Positions 1-15,041 of a stretch of DNA of 64,000 nt are shown piece by piece. The stretch lies in assembly GCA_963782055.1 (NCBI GenBank), contig CAWAIF010000003.1:6880001-6944000 (forward strand). Direction: 5' to 3'. The stretch's first letter is position 1, and every line of letters starts with the position of its first letter. The notes beneath the pieces were generated by a model. That model was given only the letters and a program-made list of their open reading frames with translations. It did no database searches and had not been told where the DNA came from. The position numbers and the translations under genes were made by a program. This DNA is from an uncultured delta proteobacterium (GTDB lineage: Bacteria; Myxococcota_A; Polyangia; Polyangiales; Polyangiaceae).

Positions 1-1
1 C

Positions 2-550
2 GACACCAAGGCCGAGACGGCCGAAGACGAAGCGAGCACCCCGGCCGATCCGGCCGAGGAGGAAGCCACCCCGGCCGACCCGCTGGAGGCTGCCCGCGCA
101 GAGGCCACCCGCCTCAAGGACGCGCTGATGCGCACCGCCGCGGACTTCGACAACTTCCGCAAGCGAAGCCGCCGTGAGGTGGAAGACGCCCGCCGCACCG
201 GCCGCGTGGACCTGCTCAAGGAGCTGCTCCCCGTCTTCGACAACCTGGAGCGCGGCGTCCAGAGCGCCCAGCGCGCGCAGGACGTCAAGGCCGTCGCCGA
301 CGGCCTGACGATGATCCTCAAGCAGTTCGAGGCGACGCTCGGGCGCGCCGGCATCACCCGCGTGCCGACCATCGGCAGCATCTTCAATCCCAGCGTGCAC
401 GAGGCCATCCAGCAGGTGGAGACGGCGGAGCACCCGCCCGGCACCGTCGTGGCGGAGGTCCAGCCCGGCTACCTCCACGGCGACCGACTCGTCCGCGCGG
501 CGATGGTCGTGGTCGCCAAGCCCAAGAGCGACGGCGAGAGCGCCTCGTAG
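2..550 (+). CDS. grpE: Nucleotide exchange factor GrpE (5' truncated by window)
   Basis: [43 protein letters not shown] motifs; directly upstream of dnaK. Confidence 0.95.
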   Translation, partial: DTKAETAEDEASTPADPAEEEATPADPLEAARAEATRLKDALMRTAADFDNFRKRSRREVEDARRTGRVDLLKELLPVFDNLERGVQSAQRAQDVKAVADGLTMILKQFEATLGRAGITRVPTIGSIFNPSVHEAIQQVETAEHPPGTVVAEVQPGYLHGDRLVRAAMVVVAKPKSDGESAS

Positions 551-661
551 CCTCACCCCCCTCCGAAGAGGCGTGCTTGACGCGTCAACCTTTGGCGGGG
601 CAAAAGGGGTCTGTGCTCATGCCTGGCGCACGCAAACGGTGTATCGTCGGATTCCCTGACC

Positions 662-2527
<1,866 letters not shown>

Positions 2528-2586
2528 GTGGGGTCCGCGCGGCTTCGCCCGGGGTGCCCGGCGGTCATCCGCGCTATAGTTGGTGC

Positions 2587-3849
<1,263 letters not shown>

Positions 3850-3851
3850 TC

Positions 3852-4685
3852 ATGCCCCACGCGCGCGCCGGCGACGGCACCCGCATCCACTACGAGGTCC
3901 ACGAGGGCCGCGCGACCGGCGAGCGGCCGACGGTCGTGCTGGTGCAGGGGCTCGGCCTCTCCTCGCGCTTCTGGTTCGACCAGCCGAAGCTCGTCTCGGA
4001 GGACCGAGACGCGCCGCACCGCGTGGTGGTGCTGGACAACCGCGGCACCGGCCGCAGCGACAGGCCGCGCGGGCCGTACCGCATGGCGCGCATGGCCGAC
4101 GACGTGGCGGAGGTCATCGCGCTCACCGGCAGCGCCCCGGCGATCGTCGTCGGCATCTCCATGGGCGGGATGATCGCCCAGCGCCTCGCCATCCGGCACC
4201 CGGACAAGGTGCGCGGCCTGGTCCTGCTCGCCACCACGCCCGGCCTGCCCGCGGCGGTGCTCCCCGCCCCGCGGACCATCGCCACCCTGCTGAGCGCGCC
4301 GCTGCAGCGCAAGGGCGGCGGCGCGTCGCGCCGCTACAACCGGCTCCTCTTGCCGGAGGCCGAGCTCGACCGCGCGCACGTGCACTTCGCGCGATGGCCG
4401 GCGGCGCTCGCGCACGATCCGCTCCGCTTCTCCACCTTCCTCGCCCAGTTCTTCGCCGTCATGACCCACTGGACCGGCGACGCCCTCCGGCGCATCGACT
4501 GCCCCGCGGTGGTGGTGCACGGCGCCGAGGACATCCTCGTCCCGCCGCGCAACGGCGAGCGCATCGCGCGGCGCATCCCCAACGCCTCGCTGGAGATCCT
4601 GCCCGCCGTCGCGCACGCAGTGCCCATGCTGGACAGCGCGGTGGTGCAGCGTTCGCTGCGCAAGCTGGCGGAGATGGGGGCGTGA
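3852..4685 (+). CDS. Alpha/beta fold hydrolase
   Basis: DNRGTGRS, GISMGG nucleophile elbow, HGAED, C-terminal His. Confidence 0.9.
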   Translation: MPHARAGDGTRIHYEVHEGRATGERPTVVLVQGLGLSSRFWFDQPKLVSEDRDAPHRVVVLDNRGTGRSDRPRGPYRMARMADDVAEVIALTGSAPAIVVGISMGGMIAQRLAIRHPDKVRGLVLLATTPGLPAAVLPAPRTIATLLSAPLQRKGGGASRRYNRLLLPEAELDRAHVHFARWPAALAHDPLRFSTFLAQFFAVMTHWTGDALRRIDCPAVVVHGAEDILVPPRNGERIARRIPNASLEILPAVAHAVPMLDSAVVQRSLRKLAEMGA

Positions 4686-5215
4686 GGCGCGCGGCGGCGG
4701 CGGCGATCGCCGCGGGGGCGATGGGGGCGGCGGCGATCGTGGCGTGCACCTCCTCGTCGCGCGTGGTGCAGGCGCCCATGCTCCCCGTCGGGTACGTCAT
4801 GCCGGTGGAGGACGCCGGCGCCGACGGCGACGCCGCGACAGGCCGCAAGGTGCTGGCGGGCACCTACAAGGGCGTGGGCATCCAGAGCAACGGCCCGGAG
4901 TGGCCGATGCTGGTGCACTTCGCCGCCGGCGGCGGCGCGGTGGTGCACGCCTCGGTGCGCTACCCCTCGCTCGGCTGCGTGGCGGAGTGGAAGCTGCAGC
5001 GGGAGGGCCGAGGCGGCCAGTGGACCGGCGTGGAGAACGTGGTGAGCGGCAAGCGCTGCATCGCCTTCGGAGTGATCCACGTGGAGTGGGTCGACGACGT
5101 CACGCTCAAGTGGGACTGGCACGACACGACCAAGAAGCTGGGCGCGCGGGCGACGCTGACGAAGGACGTGACCGGACGAAACCCGTTCCGCGATCGCGAG
5201 CCGGACTTCCCCTGA
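4682..5215 (+). CDS. Hypothetical lipoprotein
   Basis: GTG overlaps the previous stop; hydrophobic signal ending IVAC. Confidence 0.6.
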   Translation: MRRAAAAAIAAGAMGAAAIVACTSSSRVVQAPMLPVGYVMPVEDAGADGDAATGRKVLAGTYKGVGIQSNGPEWPMLVHFAAGGGAVVHASVRYPSLGCVAEWKLQREGRGGQWTGVENVVSGKRCIAFGVIHVEWVDDVTLKWDWHDTTKKLGARATLTKDVTGRNPFRDREPDFP

Positions 5216-5218
5216 CCC

Positions 5219-7147
5219 TCACCCGTCCAGCACCTCACGCACCTTCCGCAGCAGCCTGGAGTGAGTGATGGGCTTCGGGAGGAAGGGCACGCCCTCCTCC
5301 AGGATGGGCCGCCCGCCGACTGTGCCCGTGTACCCCGACATGAACAGCACCTTCGTGCCGGCGCGCGCGGCGGTGAGACGCTCCGCGAGCCGGTGGCCGT
5401 TCATCCCGGGCATCACCACGTCGGTCACCAGCAGGTGGATCTCGCCGCGGTGCTCCTCGCTCAGGCGGAGCGCCTCGGAAGGGTCCCCCGCCGCGAGCAC
5501 GGCGTAGCCCGTGCGCCGCAGGATCGCCACGAGCACCTTGCGAAGGTGCGCCTCGTCCTCCACGAGCAAGATGGTCTCGCCGGTCCGGTGTGCCGGGGCG
5601 AGCGACGGACGCGCTTCCGCCGCCACGCTGGTCGCCACCGCGCGGGGGAACAGCAGGCTGAACGTCGTCCCGGCGCCGGGGTCACTCTTGACGCGGATCG
5701 ACCCGCCGCTCTGCTCCACGATGCCGAGGACGGTGGCCAGACCGAGCCCGGTGCCCTTGCCCACCTCCTTGGTGGTGAAGAAGGGGTCGAAGATCCGACT
5801 CCGCGTCGCCTCGTCCATGCCCTCGCCCGTGTCCGCGACGGTCAGCCGCACGTGAGGCCCGTGCTTCACGCTCGAAGGCCCCTGCGCGCCGCCCGACGGC
5901 GGCTCCACGTTGGACGTCTCGATCGTCAGCGTCCCGCCGCCCGGCATCGCGTCGCGCGCGTTGACGGCGAGGTTCATCAGCACCTGCTCGATCTGTCCCG
6001 GGTCCACCTTCACCGTCCACAGCGAGGGGGCCGGGCGGATGATCAGCTCCACGTCCTCTCCGAGGAGGCGTCTCAACATTCGCTCGATGCCGGCGAGAGA
6101 CTGGTTGAGGTCGACGACGCGCGGCTGGAGAACCTGCCGGCGGCTGAAGGCGAGGAGCTGGCCGGTCAGCTCCGCGGCGCGGCGCCCTGCCTTCTCGATC
6201 TCCGAGAGGTCCTCGTAAAGCGGGTTGGAGGGGTCGAGGCTCTCGACGGCCATCGTCGCGTAGCTCAGGATGACGGAGAGGACGTTGTTGAAGTCGTGCG
6301 CGACACCCCCGGCGAGGCGACCGACAGCCTCCATCTTCTGGGCTTGACGGAGCTTGTCCTCCATCCGCCTCTGCTCGGTCACGTCCTTGGCGTAGACGAT
6401 CATGCACCGGCAATCCCGGACGAGCACCGTCTGCCCGGTGATCTGGGCATCGATCGGGGTGCCGTCCTTCTTCCTGTGCTTCCAGAGGCCGTAGTCGAGC
6501 ACCCCGGGCTGGGCGCTCCCCGCCAGCTCGATCAACCTGGGGGCCTCCTCCGGAGGGCGTATGTCGGTCACCCGCATCCGCAAGAACTCCTCCCGCGAGT
6601 ACCCGTAGTGCTTGATGGCCGCCTCGTTGACCGCGAGGAAGCGCATCGTCTCGATGTCGAAGACCCACGTCGGCATGGGGCTGTTGTCGAACAGCCCGCG
6701 GTACTCCGCCTCCGACTCGCGCAGCGCCTCCTCGCTCTCGCGAAGCCGCTGCTCGACCCGCGAGCGCTCGGTCACGTCGCGCTGGATCGCCAGGAAGCCG
6801 ATGATCTGGCCGCGCTCGTCCAGCATCGGGTTGGCGGTCGCCTCGATGTGCACGAGCCGGCCGTCCTTGGTCTTGTTGATGACCTCGACCGGGACGACCT
6901 CCTTGGAGAGGAGCCTGGCCCACAGGTCCTGGTAGAAGGTGGCGTCCTGCATGCCGGACTTCAGGATGCGCGGCGTGAACCCCACCGCCTCGGCGCGCGT
7001 GAAGCCGTAGAGCCTCTCGAACGCAGGGTTGACGTAGGTGATCGTGCCGTCGGGGGTGGTGGTGAAGATGATGTCGCTGGAGCGCTCCACCGCGAGCCTG
7101 AATGTCGGCTCCCCCTGCGCGTCGCTCCGGCGTGCTCGATCGTCCAT
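5219..7147 (-). CDS. PAS-PAS hybrid sensor histidine kinase/receiver
   Basis: Two PAS domains, AHDFNN H-box, DPFFTTK..GTGLGL, C-terminal receiver (LLVED, DVVMP). Confidence 0.95.
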   Translation of the reverse strand: MDDRARRSDAQGEPTFRLAVERSSDIIFTTTPDGTITYVNPAFERLYGFTRAEAVGFTPRILKSGMQDATFYQDLWARLLSKEVVPVEVINKTKDGRLVHIEATANPMLDERGQIIGFLAIQRDVTERSRVEQRLRESEEALRESEAEYRGLFDNSPMPTWVFDIETMRFLAVNEAAIKHYGYSREEFLRMRVTDIRPPEEAPRLIELAGSAQPGVLDYGLWKHRKKDGTPIDAQITGQTVLVRDCRCMIVYAKDVTEQRRMEDKLRQAQKMEAVGRLAGGVAHDFNNVLSVILSYATMAVESLDPSNPLYEDLSEIEKAGRRAAELTGQLLAFSRRQVLQPRVVDLNQSLAGIERMLRRLLGEDVELIIRPAPSLWTVKVDPGQIEQVLMNLAVNARDAMPGGGTLTIETSNVEPPSGGAQGPSSVKHGPHVRLTVADTGEGMDEATRSRIFDPFFTTKEVGKGTGLGLATVLGIVEQSGGSIRVKSDPGAGTTFSLLFPRAVATSVAAEARPSLAPAHRTGETILLVEDEAHLRKVLVAILRRTGYAVLAAGDPSEALRLSEEHRGEIHLLVTDVVMPGMNGHRLAERLTAARAGTKVLFMSGYTGTVGGRPILEEGVPFLPKPITHSRLLRKVREVLDG

Positions 7148-7231
7148 GTGACCAGCCTTCCAGCATACCGCCGGACCAGCCCTGGTGTCACCGGGGACCC
7201 AATGCTTGGAGCAGCTCTACCGCAGGGTCAG

Positions 7232-8117
7232 CTACTTTCCAGTCTTGGAGATCATCCCGCCGCCGGCGTTGATCCAGTAGACGCTGGTCGAATCCACCGC
7301 GATGCAGTTGGGGCCGTTCTGCTTCGTGGCGAGGGTCGCGTCGTTCTGGCCCGCCACCGTGGCGCGGTGGACCTCCCCGGTGCTGGGCTTGTAGGGCTGG
7401 ACGTTGGACTGCTCGGCGTACCAGAGGGAGGTGCCGTCGGTCTCCACGCCGTTGATGTAGGCCAGGCCGGAGGAGATCACGGGCGTCGGGGCGGCCGCGG
7501 TCGCGCCCAGGTCGATGGACAGGATGGCGGCTTTGTTCTGCGGGTACGCGCCGAAGTAGGCGTTCTTCGAGTCGATGGCGATGTAGCCCACGCCGCCCAC
7601 CTGGGTGGTCATCGTCGTCACGTTGCCGCCGGCGATGGGCACGCGCTTCACCAGGCCGGAGGTGTGGTCGGTGAAGTAGACGTTGGTCGCGTCGACGCGC
7701 AGGTGGGTGGCGTGGCCCTGGCCCGAGGGCCCGGCGAGCTTGATGGGGTTGGGCGTCGTCTTGTCGCTCTTCCAGACCGAGCCGTCGCCGGCGTTGGCCC
7801 AGTAGACGTTGTTGGCGTCCACGACGACGTCGACCGGAACCGACTGCCCGCTGGCGATGGGCGTGGCCGACCCGCCGCCCACCGGGATGCGCTGGACGGT
7901 GCCGTTGTTGACGCCGGCCCCCTCGTCGGCGAAGAAGAGGTCGGTCCCGTCGGAGGCCATCCCGTGCGGCAGCGCCTGGCCGCCGATGACGAGCATGGGG
8001 CAGCCCCCGCCGATCCAGACGCTCCCGTTGTTGAAGCCGGAGGCCCAGTAGACGTTCTTGGTGTCGATGGTGAGGCACGCGTTGTCGCCGACCGCACCGA
8101 CGCCGGCTGCACTGCCG
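7232..8117 (-). pseudogene. C-terminal beta-propeller half of a Cys-rich lipoprotein, apparently separated from its N-terminus by an inversion
   Basis: Repeated D..NVY(W/F) blades like those in 12752..14197; the frame stays open to ~8125 but has no signal peptide. Confidence 0.7.
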
Positions 8118-8147
8118 AGCCGGACCTACGCTTGGAGGAGGCTTACC

Positions 8148-8481
8148 ATGCGCACAATCGGGCTCATGTCGTGTGCTGTGTTCGGGGTGTTCGGCTTCGC
8201 CGTGGCGTGCGGCGGCTCGGACGGGACGGAATCTCACGGTGGACGGGGGCGACGACTCCGGCCAGGGGGTCGACTCGGGCAACCCGGGTGACTCCGGCGA
8301 CCCCGGAGACGCCGGCAACGACTCCGCGACGCCGGTGAGCTGCGACGGCGGCCTGATGGCGTGCGGCCAGCAGTGCGTCGACACCAGCACCGACACGCAG
8401 AACTGCGGCGGGTGCGGCGTGGTGTGCAACACGCAGTGCGTGGGCGGTGTCTGCCAGCTCCTAGGCAACCAGTGCGACGGC
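8148..8481 (+). pseudogene. N-terminal half (lipoprotein signal + Cys-rich repeat) of the same gene, inverted; +1 frameshift near 8229
   Basis: GGAGGAGG RBS, MRTIGLMSCAVFGVFGFAVAC signal, then CVDTSTDTQNCGGCG repeat in the next frame. Confidence 0.7.
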
Positions 8482-8592
8482 CGCATGCCGTGCGGGATTT
8501 TCGGTGGATCGCGCTCGCGGACGGGCACGCGGACCGCCAACCCGGTTGCCGGTCGATGAATCTCTTGCGGCCCTGGTGCTACGCTGGGGCCG

Positions 8593-10140
<1,548 letters not shown>

Positions 10141-10173
10141 CCGGCTTTGCGGAGACGGCGGGCGGCGCGCGGG

Positions 10174-11595
10174 TCAGAAGTCTTCCAGGTTCTCCCGCAG
10201 GAACTTCAGGATGATGCCGTTGTTGTCGTGGTAGCTGTCCGGGACGTCGTCCCACACCCACTCGTAGGCGCCGTCGACCCAGTCGGTGATCTCGGTGACG
10301 TTGCGCGTGAAGGGCGGGAAGCGCGCGTTCTGGGTGCCGGCGACGTCCACCCAGTAGCCGCTGAAGACCAGAAATGCGCGGTAGCGGTCGCGCCCCTCCG
10401 GGTCCTCCTTGATGCGGCTGGTGAGCTGGTCGAAGCCGAGCGAGCCGAGCTCGTACGTCGGCACCGCGCGGCTGCGCAGCGCCGGCGCCAGCAGGATCTG
10501 TTCGGGCCGGAGCGTGGGCGCGCCCGCGCCCTTCTTCTTCGCGCCGAGCACGCCGGGGTCGACGTAGCCGGCGATCTCGCGCAGCAGCGAGAGCTGGTAC
10601 TCCCCGCTCGTCGGGTAGAGCGCGTGCGATCCCTCACCCACCGCGATCACCGGGTGCCCGTCCAGCTTCAGCGTGCGCTCGTCGTCGAAGGGGACGCGGA
10701 TGCGTCCCTGCGACCAGCGCTTCAGCTTGTTCAGGAAGAAGATGGTCTGGTTCTCCAGGTGCCCGGAGATGATGATCGACGTCGGCCGCTCGTCGCCGTC
10801 GAACACCAGGATCATGCTCTCGCGGTCGAAGACGTGCGGGCCAATCTGCGTGATGCGCGCCAGCCCCGTCTTGGTGTCGAAGGCGTAGATCTGGTGGTAG
10901 CTGATGAAGAAGCGGTCGCTCCCCGGGGCCTCGATGTACGAGTAGTAGATGACGCTGGTGCGCGGGTCGCCGCCAAGCGAGGCGAACACCGAGCGGCGCA
11001 TGCTGAAGAGGTTGAAGTCCAGCAGGTAGTCGGCGTGGCCGTTGTAGCGCATGAACTCGCCGAGCTCGGCGAGCGGGACGCTCTCCTTGCCGAACACCGT
11101 CTTCAGACGCATCGCCTCCGTCGACTCGCGCACGAGCTTGTGGCGCAGCAGCGTCCGCAGCGACACCGGGAAGTACTTCTCCTTGCCGCTGAAGACGAAG
11201 ACCGGCGCGTGCCGCCGCGCGAGCTCCGCGATCTGGGCCTGCGTGCGCCGCAGCCCGCCCTGCACGAAGAGGAGCTGCTTCCACAGCTCGCGCCCCGCCT
11301 TGGAGGTGATGCGCAGCTCCCAGGCGCCGTCGGGGTCGACCCCGCGCGCGAAGCGCAGGCGGAAGCGGCCGGTCTCCGGGTCCACCTCCCCGCGCTTCAC
11401 CCGCTCGCCGTGGCGCACCTCGTAGCGCAGCTCGAACGGGCCGCTCTCGTGCAGCACCCGGCGCAGATCGTCGGGGTGCGTGGTGAGCGCGGGGATGGCC
11501 AGGTCGAGGACGCGGCCGCCCTTCGCGTCGAGCGTGCTCCGCCGGATGTCGAGCATCCGGCGCGCGGTGGCTGGCGATCGCTCCTCTCCGGGCAT
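10174..11595 (-). CDS. Hypothetical protein (possibly Vps62-like C-terminal domain)
   Basis: 473-aa ORF with normal composition; HAPVFVFSGKEKYFP and GSHALYP motifs. Confidence 0.7.
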   Translation of the reverse strand: MPGEERSPATARRMLDIRRSTLDAKGGRVLDLAIPALTTHPDDLRRVLHESGPFELRYEVRHGERVKRGEVDPETGRFRLRFARGVDPDGAWELRITSKAGRELWKQLLFVQGGLRRTQAQIAELARRHAPVFVFSGKEKYFPVSLRTLLRHKLVRESTEAMRLKTVFGKESVPLAELGEFMRYNGHADYLLDFNLFSMRRSVFASLGGDPRTSVIYYSYIEAPGSDRFFISYHQIYAFDTKTGLARITQIGPHVFDRESMILVFDGDERPTSIIISGHLENQTIFFLNKLKRWSQGRIRVPFDDERTLKLDGHPVIAVGEGSHALYPTSGEYQLSLLREIAGYVDPGVLGAKKKGAGAPTLRPEQILLAPALRSRAVPTYELGSLGFDQLTSRIKEDPEGRDRYRAFLVFSGYWVDVAGTQNARFPPFTRNVTEITDWVDGAYEWVWDDVPDSYHDNNGIILKFLRENLEDF

Positions 11596-11683
11596 GCGTG
11601 CTCTTCGATCAGGCTAGACCAACCGCAAGGGCGGCGGCGGGGAAACGGCGGCGCCCGGTGCTCGCGCCTGATAGGTTGAGGGT

Positions 11684-12697
11684 ATGCGCTGGCTCTGGCC
11701 CGTCCTGTTGTGCTGCGCGGCGTGCTCACTGGACCAGGCCGGACTGGGTCAGGCCGACGATGACGGGGGCCTCCTCCCCGACGTGACCCCGGGCGACGTC
11801 ACCGTGCCCGACGTGAACGTGCCCGACACGGGCGCGGCCGACGTGGGCCTGGACGTCGTGGAGGAGCCAGGCCCCCCGCTCCCCTGCACCACCGACGCCA
11901 GCGTCTGCAGCGGCACCGTCCCCCAAGGGTGGAGCCTCGTCGCCTACGAGGCCAACCGTTCGACCGCGTGCCCCGGCAACTTCACGACCACTGACGTCGT
12001 CGCGTCGCCGACGCTGCAGGCGGGCGCGTGCACCTGCTCCTGCAACGTCACCACGCAGCCCTCGTGCGCCCTCGGGACGGTGACGGTGGGCTACTCGGGC
12101 AACAACCAGTGCAACTTCACCCTGCCCCCGATGAACATCACGACCGAGGGGCAGTGCGTGGACTACGGCATCGGCACCTTCACCCCCTTCAGCTACAACT
12201 CGTACACCAAGCTCCCCCTCACGCCGGGCACGTGCACGACGGCGGCGGCCACCGACACGAGCAAGGTCGGCTCCACGCCCACGCGCACGTGCATCCCGCC
12301 GCAGACCTGCGCGGAGGACGTGTGCAACGGGGACGTGCCGCAGGGCATGCGGGCGTGCATCGTGGGGGCCGGCGACGTCGCGTGCCCCGCCGGGCCCTTC
12401 TCCGACAAGGCTGCGGTCGTCGGCAGCGACACCTCGCTCACCTGCGGCGCGTGCAGCGCGTGCAGCGTCACGGCGTCGGCGTGCGGCAACGGCACCGTGA
12501 AGTACTGGGGCGACTCCAGCTGCACGCAGGCCAAGGGGACCATCGCCGCCGACGGCAAGTGCAACGCGACGGGCACCCCCAGCGGCGTGAACCACTTCAC
12601 CTACGAGAACCCCGTCCAGAACGTGAAGTGCAACGCCGGCACCTCCACGCCGACCGCGGACCTGGCCGGCAAGCAGACGGTCTGCTGCCGGCCCTGA
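11684..12697 (+). CDS. Cys-rich lipoprotein
   Basis: Lipobox-like signal, D-rich linker, many Cys, ends TVCC. Confidence 0.85.
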   Translation: MRWLWPVLLCCAACSLDQAGLGQADDDGGLLPDVTPGDVTVPDVNVPDTGAADVGLDVVEEPGPPLPCTTDASVCSGTVPQGWSLVAYEANRSTACPGNFTTTDVVASPTLQAGACTCSCNVTTQPSCALGTVTVGYSGNNQCNFTLPPMNITTEGQCVDYGIGTFTPFSYNSYTKLPLTPGTCTTAAATDTSKVGSTPTRTCIPPQTCAEDVCNGDVPQGMRACIVGAGDVACPAGPFSDKAAVVGSDTSLTCGACSACSVTASACGNGTVKYWGDSSCTQAKGTIAADGKCNATGTPSGVNHFTYENPVQNVKCNAGTSTPTADLAGKQTVCCRP

Positions 12698-12751
12698 GCG
12701 GAGATCGGATCCCGCTGTCACACCGGACCGCGTTGGACGTAACATCGGGCC

Positions 12752-14197
12752 ATGAAGACCCGCTTCGTCCTCGTAGCCGCCCTGCTGGGCGGTGCCGTCG
12801 CCGTCGGCGCGTGCGTCAGCGACGCGCCGCCCGCCAACAGCTGCTCCGCCACGCAGAAGCTCTGCGCCGGCAAGTGCGTCGCCAGCGACGATCCCGCCAA
12901 CGGCTGCGGCAACGTCGACTGCACCCCGTGTGCGGCGCCGGGCGCGAACGCGACCAGCGCCTGCGTCTCGGGCGCCTGCAGCAACACGTGCGCCGCCGGG
13001 TTCGACGACTGCGACTCCAACCCGGCCAACGGCTGCGAGGCGAAGGTGGACAGCGACGTGGCGAACTGCGGCGCGTGCGGCAACGCGTGCGGCTCGGCGA
13101 ACACCGGCAGCGCCCCGACGTGCCAGGCGGGCAAGTGCGTCTTCTCCTGCAGCCAGGGCTTCGGGCACTGCGGACCCGACGCCGCCGGCTGCGACACCGA
13201 CCTGCAGACGAGCCCGGACAACTGCGGCGCCTGCGGTCACTCGTGCGGCGGCGCCACCTGCACCGGCGGCAAGTGCGATCCCATCCAGCTCACCACGGCC
13301 AACTTGCCGGAAGGCATCGCGGTGGACGCGACCGACGTCTATTACACGCTCCGCGCGGCCGACATGGTGATGCGCATCGGCAAGGACGGCACGTGCAAGC
13401 CCGCGTCGCCCTGCCCGCAGGTGATCGCCAGCGGGGCCGCCCCCGAGGTGCGAGGCCCGGAGGCCGTCATCAGCGACGGGACGAACGTCTACTGGACGGC
13501 CGCGGCCGCCGGGAAGATCGGGTGGGTGCCCGCCGCCGGCGGGACGGTGAACGGCATCGGCACCAACGGGATCACCGGGAACACCGAGCCCGGCGTGCTC
13601 GCCATCGCCGGCGGCAAGCTCTGGTGGACGAGCGGCGCTTCCTCCCTCAACCGCCTGCACCGCGCCGACCTGGACGGCAGCAACATCACCGTCGCCGCCA
13701 CCGGCAGCTTCGCGGGTCGTGGGGGCGTCACCGCGGACGCGAACAACGTCTTCTGGGTCAACGACCAGGGCTCGCTCTACAGCACGGGCTTCAACGACGC
13801 GCAGTGCGCGGAGACGACCTCGTGCAAGCACGTCGCCACCGCCGCCAACGCCGTCGGCATCGCCGTCGACGACACCTACGTCTACTGGACCTCACCCACC
13901 GGAGGCGTCGTGCAGCGCGCCCCCAAAACCGGCGGCTCCAATTCCGTCATCGCCAAGAACCAGGACATGCCGCAGTCCATCGTCGTCGACGGCAAGTACG
14001 TCTACTGGGGCAACATCGGCACCGGCCCGGTGGGCGCCAGCATCCGCCGCGCGCCGATCGCGGGCGGCACGTGCGACGGCGCGGCGTGCGAGGTCTTCGA
14101 GAAGGTCCCCGTCCCCAACGCCCTCGCGATCGACGCCGACGCCCTATACTGGGTGGACAAGAGCGCGAGCGGCGGCGTCTACAAGGTCGTGAAGTAG
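12752..14197 (+). CDS. Cys-rich repeat lipoprotein with C-terminal beta-propeller
   Basis: Signal VGAC; NCGACG repeats; D..VYW blades. Confidence 0.88.
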   Translation: MKTRFVLVAALLGGAVAVGACVSDAPPANSCSATQKLCAGKCVASDDPANGCGNVDCTPCAAPGANATSACVSGACSNTCAAGFDDCDSNPANGCEAKVDSDVANCGACGNACGSANTGSAPTCQAGKCVFSCSQGFGHCGPDAAGCDTDLQTSPDNCGACGHSCGGATCTGGKCDPIQLTTANLPEGIAVDATDVYYTLRAADMVMRIGKDGTCKPASPCPQVIASGAAPEVRGPEAVISDGTNVYWTAAAAGKIGWVPAAGGTVNGIGTNGITGNTEPGVLAIAGGKLWWTSGASSLNRLHRADLDGSNITVAATGSFAGRGGVTADANNVFWVNDQGSLYSTGFNDAQCAETTSCKHVATAANAVGIAVDDTYVYWTSPTGGVVQRAPKTGGSNSVIAKNQDMPQSIVVDGKYVYWGNIGTGPVGASIRRAPIAGGTCDGAACEVFEKVPVPNALAIDADALYWVDKSASGGVYKVVK

Positions 14198-14227
14198 CCG
14201 CCCTCGTTGTCGGGCCATCATCGCCAC

Positions 14228-14899
14228 GTGCGCAGGTCGTCGCTCATCGCGATCGGGGTGGGCGTGGGGCTCGCCGCGTGCCATGGCGCGGCCCAGCCGG
14301 CTGTCGTGCCGCCGGCGTCCTCCGTCGAGGTGCCGCCTCGCACGGCGAAGCCCAACGCCGCGCAGCCGTCGGCGCCCGTGCCGACGGCCATCGCGGGCTT
14401 TCGCTTCGGGATGACGGTGCCGGAGTTTTTGGCGCACTGCGCCGAGGTCGGGCAGCCCAACGCCACGGTCGACGACGACGGCGGCATCCTCCACCACGAG
14501 TGCGATCAGGTGGAGGTGGAGCCCGGGCTGCGCATGGATGTGCTGGTGGGCTTCTGCGGCGATGGCTCGCTGCTCTGCGAGATGGGCTACTTCGCGCAGA
14601 AGGACGCGATCGCCAGGCTCGCGACGCTCGACCGCAACCTGCGCGAGCGCTACGGGCCCGCGCACGACAGCAACACCACACTGCGCGACAGAAACGTCGC
14701 CGCGCAGTGTGCCGGGGATGGTGGAGCGCTCCGCCGCACGTGGTGGTGGGGTCACCCCGGCGCCTTCACCGGCCGCCTGCTCCTCACGTTCGACTGCAAG
14801 CCTAGCAACGATCCGCTCGTGTACGTCGTGTTCGACGACGCGGTCGGGACGGCGCACCAGATCCGCATCGCCCGGGCCGCCGGTGTGTGGCCGTTCTAG
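14228..14899 (+). CDS. Hypothetical lipoprotein
   Basis: VRRSSLIAIGVGVGLAAC signal; start uncertain. Confidence 0.7.
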   Translation: MRRSSLIAIGVGVGLAACHGAAQPAVVPPASSVEVPPRTAKPNAAQPSAPVPTAIAGFRFGMTVPEFLAHCAEVGQPNATVDDDGGILHHECDQVEVEPGLRMDVLVGFCGDGSLLCEMGYFAQKDAIARLATLDRNLRERYGPAHDSNTTLRDRNVAAQCAGDGGALRRTWWWGHPGAFTGRLLLTFDCKPSNDPLVYVVFDDAVGTAHQIRIARAAGVWPF

Positions 14900-15013
14900 A
14901 TGAACGAGCGCGATTCGCGATCGATCCCTGCAGGCCGGATCCAGGCGCCGTGCGTGACACAGAGTGCGCCACCTGTCCTTCTGCCCGGCCGCTCCTTCTC
15001 CGGGATCCCGCGC

Positions 15014-15029
15014 TGGCACCAGCCTTGCT
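15014..15029 (+). promoter_or_regulatory. sigma54 -24/-12 promoter
   Basis: TGGCACCAGCCTTGCT matches TGGCAC-N5-TTGC; ATG 12 nt downstream, suggesting a leaderless transcript. Confidence 0.75.
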
Positions 15030-15041
15030 ATCGGCGCGGGC

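Noticed and set aside
577..588. TTGACGCGTCAA palindrome before dnaK as a CIRCE or HAIR operator
   Set aside because: Does not match either consensus or spacing; single short occurrence
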